64,000 bases of DNA from Macrostomum lignano (taxonomy: Eukaryota), in NCBI GenBank assembly GCA_002269645.1, contig NIVC01000617.1, forward strand, positions 1-64,000, in the 5' to 3' direction. Positions within the stretch are counted from its first letter, which is position 1, and every line of letters starts with the position of its first letter. A program made the translations under genes and the position numbers. Shown piece after piece: positions 12,802 to 23,415 of the stretch. The notes under the pieces are model-generated. The model was not told where the DNA came from and ran no database searches. It saw only the letters and a program-made list of their open reading frames with translations.

Positions 12802-13869
12802 ACTCTTCAAATACACCAAACCGTTTAACTTCCACCTTTGCATAGCTCTGTGCCTGCTTGGAAATATTTCAAACAGGAAAAGGGGTCAGTTTATCCCCTA
12901 GACAAAGAATTCTGGAGCAATGCTGAGCTCTGCTCTTTCAAACAAGATCGGTGCTTTTTCGTTTTGGAAGACATCAAATGCAGTACAGAATTTCAGCTAT
13001 TCAGGCTGACCGCATCTGCACAAACTCTGCCACTTTGCTTAACAAAAATGCTGCATGAGCTGCTCTAAAACTGAGCCGTCTTTCAGAACAGAAAAAATAT
13101 TTTTGCCACTAAATATAGAAACTGAAACACGCAGTGCAGAATGCTGCTTATAGAGGGGCATGGCAGCTGCGCACACTGCAGCAGCTCCAGATTCGAGTTT
13201 AAAGACAGACAATTGCATGCAGAAGAGAGTTAAATGAAGGGGCTGAAACACACGGGGGAGGTGCAGTGGAGGTGTAGAAGATAAAATTCGAATAGGAAAG
13301 AGTGGAGAAGAGGAGGAAGACTGAATGGCCTTGTTTTTGAAATGGAAAAATAATTCACTGATAAATTTAGAAACCGAAACACAGAGCGTCTGTAGGGGTG
13401 AGTTGAGGGTGAAAATAGACGATTGGTACAGACGGCTGTAATAAATATATAAAATTGTCAAATCTTTACTTCACCTTCACCTTTAATTTACTTCAAATCC
13501 AGATAGAATGTCCAGATAAAATAGCCAGATAGAAGACTCTAAAATGAGGGCGCCAAAATGAGTGACTGAGGCGCAAAAACTAAATATTGACAAGCTCAAT
13601 TTACAAAAATATGGGTAATTTTTTGCTTCGAACTGTTGGATTTGCATCGCCTCCGCCAAAAAATTCATGGCAACTTCCCTGCCGATGTTTTACGAGCGTA
13701 CTGTTGGTATGAAGATTCTTATCAAAGATGACTTATTAAAGTCATCACTTCTTCATTGCAGAAGACATTTTGAAAGAGGAGAGGATTCGGATTATGATTT
13801 TCATACTCTAGTCTAATATTCCTTCTGCTCAAGAAATTTTAGGCTGTCATAGTAAATCAATAATAGTTG

Positions 13870-14010
13870 ATTACATTTTACAGCTGGGTGAACTGAAGCA
13901 ATGCAGAGTTGAGTATCTTGCTCAAGGAAACAAATTGTTCCAGTGAGATTGGGACTCAAACCCTCGACCTTAAAGTCGTGAGTGTGACGCTCTAACAACT
14001 AGGCTAAAAC
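13870..14010 (-). mobile_element. Second, more diverged copy of the tRNA-derived SINE
   Basis: Aligns by eye with 12660-12795 (TTTACAGCTGGGTGAACTGAAGCAATGCAGAGTT...CTAGGCTA) inside a duplicated intergenic block. Confidence 0.65.
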
Positions 14011-16814
14011 CTCATTAAATACACCAAACCGTTTAACTTTCACCTTTGCATAGCTCCGTGCCAGTTTGGAAACATTTCAAACAGGAAAAGGGGTCAGTTT
14101 ATCCCCTAGAGAAAGAATTCTGGAGCAATGCTGAGCTCTGTTCTTTCAATCAAATGCAGTACAGAATTTCAGCTATTCAGGCTGACCGCATCTGCACAAA
14201 CTCTGCCACTTTGCTTAACAAAATATGCTGCATGAGCTGCTTTAAAACTTCAGAACAGAAAATATATATTTGTCTGAATGGCCTTGTTTTCGAAATTGAA
14301 AAATAATTCTGTGATAAATCTAGAAACCGAAACACAGAGCGTCTGTAGGGGTGAGTTGCAGGTTGAGGTTTGAGGTTGCGGTGGAGGTGGGGGGAGAGAA
14401 AACTCCAGATAGAATGAGTCGAAAAGACGAGGGAGGCTGAATGGCCTTGTTTTCGAAACTGAAAAATAATTCACTGATAAATTTAGAAACCGAAACACAG
14501 AGCGTCTGTAGGGGTGAGTTGGGGGTGAAAATGGACGATTGGGCATAAACAGAAGGCATTAAAATTATTTAAATTCCCAAGTATTTACCACACTACTTAT
14601 AGTATTAGTCGCAGTTCATTATTGATCAAATTTTGTAATTTTGTTTAACCTCTGACTTGAAAAACATTACCCTGCATCTTGATAGATTATACCGATACGA
14701 GCTAGAATATCCAGATAGATTATCTAATAGAAAACACAATCGGCTAAGGACTTCGTCACTCTGTCCAAATTCGGTTGTAGCCATAGACATGGATAGTGCT
14801 CGGCCTTCTTAAGCCCTCGATCGGTGGTAGTCCGTCAGGCCTAGGAGCAAAGAAATCAATCACTTATTGAATACTCTGGCCTCTCAATTCTATCAGATGG
14901 TCTGCCCTCGGGCAGCTGAGATGTGGGCAAGCAGAACAGCACAGACCCTGTGGCTAAGAGAAGACAGCAAGAGACAACCAGCAGGGAGACTTTTAAAGGT
15001 AGAGATTAGCTAATCCGGAGATTTGGCTAACCCATGCCGCCACCAAACTGGCTCTAGAACTAATTTGCAAACTACAGCTGTTATAAGTGACACTGCTGGA
15101 CTGGATCGCTGTCCAATCTAAAGATTTAAGGGTCGCTAGCAAGTCTCTCTACACCGCTCAGTGTACTATTACATTATTGACTTCCCGTGAAAGTACATCT
15201 ACATGCATTTTGACGCTTCTCCACGACTCTAAGAACGCATAGCGCTGAATGGGGTTTTGCAATAGACAATTTTGACTGAAGAAAATCCGACTCGTGCGTT
15301 CTTAGATGACCTATCCCTCGACACATCCATCAGATGCCATCACCCACATAGTCTGCCCGAGATAGACCTCTTACACCAGTGGAGCTTCCTACTTCTGACT
15401 ACGCTGGAGCACTCAGAGAGAGCAGCGCATCCAGTTAATGCAGACAAAATTCGTACTCATTTCTAACTGAGTAGTTTCATTCTCCTCTCCGTATCCAACG
15501 CACTCATGGTTCGAGCCCTTTTGGAAATATCTCAAACAGGAGAATTCTATAGGCTTGCCAACATGAGAATTTGTGTCCTAAAACTATTTTACATGGCCCA
15601 GAGCAATGCCCATCTATTTTGGAAAGCGCTGTAGATTAAAACACAATGGATGAGCCAGTGCTTTTTCAAGGCCGAAAGAGCCTGTATATGCAATGCACAG
15701 TCTTCTCTGCAAAGCTCTGCCCTCACTTTTGTTCAACAATGGCATTAGAAATAGGCGAACTGAGCAAATGCTGGGGCAGCTGCATGGCTGAGTAATGAAT
15801 TCAGGGTGCTCAAAACTCCACTCAGTTGTACGGGTGGCCAATTCGTATGGGCCCGGCTCAAGTGCGGGGCTTCTTGTGGTCATTGCCAATCTGTCTTTAG
15901 TCTCAGCAGGGTCTGTTGCAAAGCGTTTTTCTACCTGCATGTGGAATCTGTGCCACCCACCTGCTTAATACTCGCGACTGATGCAGGTGTAACTAAATAA
16001 AAAACTTGACAAATATGCATTTAGCATACTTTAAGTATCGATTCTCAATCCTTCAACTTTCTACGAGAAAACTGACATTTAATTAAAACCGTTTGTGTTT
16101 TGGTGCTGAGCTTATAGTAGGGATAAAGGGCGGGGCAGGCTTTTAAAAAAACAGATTATGAGAACAGGGGCCCGTGCTATACAGCACTCTTAACTGCTTA
16201 ACAAGCTTGCATGAAGTCGAAAAATCGTGGAAGAGACTGAAGTACAAGGACGGACCGTCTGCAGAGTACGTAGCTCCGGTATGTGCTGCGACCCCACTGC
16301 GTTCCCAAGGCTTCAAAAATAAAGATATGACAACGCGGGCACCGCAATCTCGGGCATTGAGTCTCTGAGGTGCGCAAAAAATATAAGCTAAATCTCTTCA
16401 TCAGCTTGAGCAGTCTCACAAAAGTGTACAGAGAAGATTGAGTGCTGGCTTGCATATATTATATATATAAAATACAAAAATCTGTTCCGAAATTTCAAGG
16501 ATATGAAACAAAATAACTCAAAGCATAGAGAAAACACACAGAATTTCAGAAAAAGAGAAAAGGACAGTATAGTATAAGGAACCACCTCACAACGACATTT
16601 TAAATCACAGGAGCAGTGTGTGAATCAGCAGCGTGTGAACAGCAGTGAGCCAACAGCAGTGTATGAACAGTAGTGAGTGAACAGCAGTGTGTGAACAACA
16701 GTCACATATGCGCAAGTATCTACCTATATCAAACAAGCTGTCAATATCAAAGATGATACTGTGCCATCATCATTGTGCCATTATGTCCCATCGCTGCCAC
16801 CTGAAGAAACTCAC

Positions 16815-18345
16815 AGCGGCCACAGAGACTCGTCGAAGAACTTCTTGTCTTTGTATCTGAAAAAAGAAGTCCAAGGTCTAAATTCAGGTGATTTTTCGGT
16901 ATAAATAGGCCATTGTGGCTTGGTTACTTAAAACCATTGCTTGCTACTTCATTCGCCTGTTTCATTCCTGTGAAAAGCCCCAGGAAGCCTGTCAACTATC
17001 TGAGAGTGGCTGCAGTCAAATTGCCATTGAGGCATTCTCAGTCGCCATGGAAACTCACCCACGCAGCAGCTCAGCCAGTTCGCTGTTTTCCTCCTCCGTG
17101 ACCAAATCCAGCGCAGTCCTGCCGTGTCCGTCCTTCAGGCTCCAATCCGCCCCAGAGTCCAGCAGAACCCGACCGACTGCGGCAACGGTGACGGGAGGCG
17201 TAGCGAAGGCTGCCGCCATGAGGGGCGTCAACTCACAGTAATCCCTGGCATTGGCGGAGGCTCCGGCAGCCAGCAGAGCGGAGGCTGCGGCAGAATCGCC
17301 AGTCCTGGCTGCATAATGCAGGCAGCTGTCAGCCAGTACATTCGCACAGGTGGGGTCACCCAGCTGCACAAGCTGTTCCCGAGCCTCATTACGACACGAG
17401 CTTTTCCCAGCTGCCCACATCATCGCGGTGGCACAAAATGCGTTAAGCAGGTCACAGTTTCCGTTTGCCACAGCTCGCCGCAGCCCCGCCGAGTCGCTTG
17501 AATCGGCCAGCCGCTGCAGTTTCTGTTGCTTCCTATTCTCCTGCAAAGGTGAGAGGGAAATTTGAGCACTGCTGCTCAGCTGCAGCCGCATCGGCGCTAT
17601 AAATGCCGCTCACCTGGGCGGTTAAGCCGGATAAAGATGCATGTTTTTTCACCACCAGCCGCATCTCCCTGAAGCAGAAAAATTGGGCTTCTTGAATCTG
17701 ACAACTACGTCGTACAATTACCAAATTATAATGCTGCAAAACTTGATGGACACAGCAGCAAACTGCTCACTCACCGCTCGATGTAGCTGGCTAACTCTAA
17801 GTGGCCGCTGAGCCTCGCCAGGTCCGACGCCTTCCGACCCTCGCGATTTTTCAGTCCGAGCAGCCGCGACCTCTTCGAGTTTCCGTGCTGTCTGCACTTA
17901 TTGAACATTGCTTGCCTGAGCAGGTGCAGCAGGTGCTTGGCGCATTTCCAGCTTCCAGTCCACGCCGCCTCCATCAGCGGAGTGGCGCCGTTGTCGTTCC
18001 GCAGCCCCTTCGCATCGAACGACAGCAGCGTCAGCAGCCGCAGGTGGTCCCGACGGGCAGCCAAGTGCGCAGCCGTGTCGCCGTTCGCGTCAGCCGCCTT
18101 GGGGTTCGCGCCCAGCTCAAATAAGTACAAGATGCACTTTCAGTGTGCACGGGAGTCTCAGGAGCGTCGGCCACCAGCATGAGGACGGTCCGACGAGCTG
18201 CATCAGCTCTGGTGACCACCTGGCGCGTTGCCAGCCGCCGGACCTTGCCGAAGTCACCTCGGCTGACGAGCTGGGCGAGAGTGTGGAGATCGGCTGGTGA
18301 GTCTCCGACGCTTGTCCGGTGTCTGGGGTCTGGCTGAGTGAGTTC
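16815..18345 (-). CDS. Unit Y: ankyrin-only paralog (ANK-B + spacer + ANK-A + micro-exon), no caspase exons found
   Basis: Exons 17775-18345 (ANK-B, one T missing in a T-run at ~18138), 17614-17668, 17059-17540 (ANK-A) and 16815-16856, all with GT-AG sites in the same phases as unit Z. No linker, p20 or QACRG exon is recognisable between 16814 and 10609. Confidence 0.75.
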
Positions 18346-19594
18346 CTGCAACTGCAATTGGAGTACCCAAGCTGCACATTCAAAGACGTGAGTGAGAACT
18401 CAGTTTAGTAATGGACCGCTTGAACCCACACAAAATCAATATTTTACACTAAATACGTCCATGACGCTTGATAGGTTTGCATTTTAGTTTGTATTCAGTA
18501 AGTGCATTGTTCAGTGATTCCATTGTCCTGCATTTGAATCATGGAAGTCTGTGTTGTCAGGCAGTCAGACACAGCTCGTGTTTCGTTACTTTCGGCTCAC
18601 ACGGCTCTCTTCGCCAGTTACATGTGCTCACTCATTAATCAACACAATTCATTAAAACACCCTCTTTAACCCATTGACCAGATGATCCACCTTTATGTGT
18701 AATTTTTTACTTCGTGTCTTGTTTATATCTCAGGCATATTCCTGAACGTCCGATCGCGTACCTGTGGCTGTAGTTGCCAAGAAGAGTCACCAAGCAACAA
18801 CCATTTAGTTTTTAATTGGGATACAACGTCTTTTAGCAGCGATAAAGCCTAACAAATTTTTTACTAGTTTTGCTTTAGAAAGCTTTCGATCACCGATTGA
18901 ACTTTATAAACAAGCAATAAGATGGTTAGAAACGTAATTAAAACAATAAAGATTACCAAAACAAACGTTAACGGTAATTGAGTAATTCAGTTCACATCAA
19001 CTTGAGTAGCTAGATATCAGTGCCAATTAACAGTAGCCTACAGTACGCTTGAGCTGAAAGGGCAACACAGCTGTCGGAGAAGCAAAAACTGGGTATAAAA
19101 AAACTTGAATAAAAATCTCAGAAAAGCACATGCATGTTTGATTAGTTGAAAATCTTATAAAAATAAGAAATTACCGGCTGAATTAATTGAAACCATCAGA
19201 GCGGTCTAATCTAAATAAGGCTACGAAACACAAAAACAAATGGCTGCAAGTACAGAAAAAGTTTGGATAAACTGGAACAGTATTTCAGCAACAAAATGAT
19301 TGTTTGTCAAAGGCTAAACATCTCGATTAAAAATTATTAGTTATAATTTGCCTGCCTACTCGGCAGCAGAGCAAAACAGGCTCCGTCACCAATTGTATAT
19401 GTCCCTATTTCTCCTCTGAACTGTGGGAGATGCAGTTTGCGTCACATTGCTCCAACTTTGGCTCGTGAAGAGAGAATGTCAGTTATGGCTGAAGTTGGAT
19501 TAAAGCTGCTAGTCTCAGTTCTCAGGAAACTTTAACATGTTGCTGAATGTACTTCTATACAAGTGTCGCAGAAACCTCTAAGTAATTGTTCCAT

Positions 19595-22500
19595 CTAAAC
19601 TTTTTCAGCTCTTTCTGGATCAAAGCTAACTTTGCGCGAAAGCTGGTCGACTTTCTGCGGAACAACATGGTGCAGTTTGTTTTTCACCCGCACAGGGTTC
19701 CTCTGCAGGTGACCGCTCACCTCAGTCATGATTTCACTAAGGTCAAGCTCACGGAAGTTCTTCTCGATGAAATCGCAAACAGTCTGCACGTACACCGAAC
19801 CTTTTTCGATGTTTCTAAAGGCGGCTGAGCCTGGAGTGTTGGCGTAGCAGACCAAAAAGTCGCTCTCTGCAGGAAGGACTTCGTCGTTTAACACCGGAGC
19901 GGGTGCCTCGTCAGTTTCCTCGCCAGAATTGGGAGCATCAGTTCGGTCGCGACGGCTTCCGCGACAGGCCTGGACGAAGAACACCTTCGGCTTTCCTTGA
20001 AGGCTGCGGCAGACAGAGGTCTGTGATGCGATGGTAGTGGCGGTGAGGTCTTCAGCCTTTGAACCTAATTATACTGACCAGTGGCGACCACAGAATGATC
20101 CTAACTGGATTCAGGATTTTAGCTCGTATAAGATGTTTTTAGGATCTGTGGTCTGGACTGTTGTAAATGCCAAAAACATGTTCATTTCAGTCAAGATTAC
20201 CTTTTGTTTCTATTCATAAATTTCTCTTTAGGACCATTTTAATAGCCCTACGAGCTATTCTTGCATAAATCAAGATAACAAAATAATAAACATGGTATTT
20301 CTTGCGAGGCTTACCAGGAACCTGTCTGTCAGCTTTCGAATTTCGCAGGGCACGCCGTCCCTGCCGTAGATGCAGTCGTGGGTGCCGTGCGCCATCAAGA
20401 AGCAGACAAAGCTTCCGTGCTTGGCAAAGTCCGGTGACTTCTTTATCTCACAGAGGAAATTATCCACCTGCTCAGCAGTGAGGTCTTCTCGTATCTTGAC
20501 GATGAAGCGCAGACTCTCGAATACCTTTTGTACTCGTTCAACATCAAGAACCGAACCTTGACGCTCTGTGTGCTCAAATGTGATGTGACTTCCGGTGTCA
20601 TACTTGCTGATGTTAATGATCAGGCAGTAGCCTTGTGGGTCCGTCACTGGATAGAAATTTCCCTTGAGCCTGGAATGCAGCAGATGCTCAATAGCTCGTA
20701 TACATGTACTTTTTATTGTAGCAAGGCCAAACAACACAATGTAGTGGCACCTTGAGGGTTGATGTCGGACTGGTCTGTCACGCACAGGTTTTGTAGGATT
20801 TCTAAAAGATTTTTATACTGACATAGGAATAAATTCAATATTAGGATGATATAATCAATAAATATTTGTAAGCAGTTCCCCACGACCACGAGAAAAATAT
20901 CTTTAACTTTGACTCACCGATCTGGTTCATCATCGCTTGGTTCATTGTCAAGGGCATGGTCCGTGAAAACGTTTCGTCTGAAATGGTCAAAAAGGGTAAG
21001 AAGTTCTCTCAGCCTTGTGCTGTAGCTGTGAGCTGTAGCTGTGTGTGCTGTAGCTGTGTGTACTGTAGCTGTGAGTTCTAGCTGTGTGTACTGTAGTTGT
21101 GAGCTGTAGCTGTGTGTACTGTAGTTGTGTATGGTGTAGCTGTGTGTGCTGTAGATGTCTGCTGTAGCTGTGTGTGATGTAGCTGTGTGTGCTGTAGCTG
21201 TGTGTGCTGTAGCTGTGTGTGATGTAGCTGTGTGTGCTGTAGCTGTGTGTGCTGAAGGAACTCACGCCAGTGCCAGAGGCTTGTCGAAGTAAATCTTGCC
21301 GTCGTACCTAAATAGGCAGTTCGGAGTCTGAAGTCAAGGTAATTTATGTGAGCCCATGCTCTTTGCTTCGTTCTATCTGTTAATCGATTTTTATTATTTT
21401 AGTATCGTGCGATAACCGTAAATGAGTAAGTTGTAAACTTGTAAACTATTTATTTAACATTACAAAAGACCACAAAAAGCTACCCTTGATACGATCGTAA
21501 GTCTATACACTGGCCAAATATTTTTTTATAATTAGCCTAATTTTTCTTATGTTTCAGGCGGTCATGCATAGCTTTCGTCGATGGAAAATTCGAATGGGAA
21601 GTGAGTCGAATATCGAAAAAAAATATGCTTTCTTAATGCTGTCAAAAGACACTCGGTAGTCATTTTCATTGCGAACGATTCTGACTTGAATTGGAAAATG
21701 AGTTAAATGAAATTTATGATGTCAGTAGGAACGGACCTTAATGCCCAGGGTTTTGGTGTAGAGTTTTGAGTTATTTGACCGTTTAACTTTGCACACCGCT
21801 CCCCCCACTTCATTCCTGAACTCAAGTCTGAACTCACAAAGATTGATAGACTTTACCTGCACTCTCAAAAGTGACGAACATAGACGAATCTTCTGTGATG
21901 GCGACTATTCGATTTTGCAGAGCATATGTTACTTACTTGTCTTTAAGTTCTTTTGATTACCGAATTATTTACAGGGTAGGGCAAAGAGCGTTTAATGATG
22001 CCTTACTTAATAGCTTACTGGTGATTCAACTGGCAATCTGCAGTCAAAATGCACTGCAAACTCCCTCAATGCAGCTCAGTCTAATTAAAATTAATTAAAT
22101 TAAAATTTATTGTTTACCATAGAAGTTTTATGGTAAATTTTAGAAAATATAAACTGGCAATTAGGCGGTTAAGGCCCCTTCGGGGGGACCTGTACCTCCT
22201 TGTATGCCCCAGAGTATTTGTGAGACATTTGTGAAAAAGCATTCCCCAGATAGCAAGTTTATCCCAAAAACAAGCATCCGGATCCCCGATATAAATCCAA
22301 CAAAGTTTTGAAGCTAAAAATGGAATAAGGAATTTAAATAAACTACATGTAGCTTCTGAGCTTTAAGTCTTGACATCTCAGCAATTCCCCCATGAGCCTT
22401 GGCATCACAGCAATTCCCCGTGAGCCCTGACATCTCAGCAATTCCATTATGAGCCTTGACATCTCAGCAATTCCATTATGAGCCTTGACATCTCATCAAT

Positions 22501-23415
22501 TCCCCCGAAGGTTCGCTTTTAAATGCGTCACACAGACACTCACTGTTGGTATATATTGGATTCCAAATTATCTGAGCTGCTCGCAGATGGACTTTCCAAA
22601 AGAACTGCAGCAGCGAACTGCTCACTCACCGCTCGATGTAGCTGGCCAGCTCTGAGTGGCCGCTGAGCCTCGCCAGGTCCGACGCCGTCCGACCCTCGCG
22701 ATTTTTCAGTCCGAGCAGCCGCGACCTCTTCGAGTTTCCGTGCTGTCTGCACTCATTGAACATTGCCTGCCTGAGCAGGTGCAGCAGGTGCTTGGCGCAT
22801 TTCCAGCTTCCAGTCCGCGCCGCCTCCATCAGCGGAGTGGCGCCGTTGTCGTTCCGCAGCCACTTCGCATCGAACGACAGCAGCGTCAGCAGCCGCAGGT
22901 GGTCCCGCCGGGCTGCCAGGTGCGCAGCCGTGTCGCCGTTCGCGTCAGCCGCCTTGGAGTTCGCGCCCAGCTCAAATAAGTACAAGATGCACTTTTCAGT
23001 GTGCACTGGAGTCTTAGGAGCGTCGGCCACCAGCATGAGGATGGTTCGACGAGCTGCATCAGCGCTGGTGACCAGCTGGCGCGTTGCCAGCCGCCGCACC
23101 TGTCCGAAGTCACCTCGGATGGCGTCGTGGGCGAGAGTCTGGAGATCGGCTGGTGAGTCTCCGACGCTTGTCCGGTGTCTGGGGTCCGGCTGAGTGAGTC
23201 CCTGCAACTGCAATTGAGACACCTGGGAGTTACATCTAAGTACTGAAATTTTTTGAGTCAACTTGCACAAGCAACCGGAGTCGCCGACTGTAGATAATTA
23301 CTACTACATGTATTCAGTTTCTGTCGCTTCAACTTACCGCAGAGTTAGGGAAGTCGGTAATAATTATTTCTTCATCTTCTGACGATGAATTCGAATCGTC
23401 TGAGGAGCTTGACAT
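19595..23415 (-). CDS. Unit X: intact ankyrin-repeat caspase (ANK-B prodomain + caspase p20/p10), ~554 aa
   Basis: Exons 23338-23415 (MSSSSDD...), 22630-23201, 21266-21307, 20918-20977, 20315-20801 and 19595-20020 join in frame (1665 nt) with canonical GT-AG sites. Caspase motifs: YPVTDPQGYCLIIN, ERQGSVLD, FLMAHG, CRSLQGKPKVFFVQACRG, LPAESDFLVCYANTPG, FRNIEKGSVYVQ. Confidence 0.92.
21015..21253. repeat. GCTGTAGCTGTGTGT-type tandem repeat in unit X intron
   Basis: Directly visible. Homologous position to 7666-8560. Confidence 0.9.
22368..22505. repeat. ~29-bp tandem repeat (TGACATCTCAGCAATTCCATTATGAGCCT), about 5 copies
   Basis: Directly visible, in the unit X intron at the inferred ANK-A deletion junction. 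Confidence 0.85.

Noticed and set aside
15614-15940. 108-aa ORF as a caspase remnant of unit Y
   Set aside because: No similarity to the p20, p10 or linker exons.
16388-16460. QHSIFSVHFCETAQADEEI* as a terminal exon of unit Y (weak echo of linker ADDEI)
   Set aside because: Similarity is limited to a few residues and the acceptor is weak. It cannot be supported without cDNA.
380-23193. Plus-strand ORFs overlapping the ANK exons (for example 380-703, 10154-10600, 17801-18124, 22656-23193)
   Set aside because: Antisense shadows of GC-rich coding exons. They are conserved only because the sense exon is.
6095-23415. Bacterial caspase-like/anti-phage defence locus or contamination
   Set aside because: The genes have canonical spliceosomal introns and metazoan C14A motifs (QACRG, p20/p10), and they are contiguous with eukaryotic housekeeping genes.
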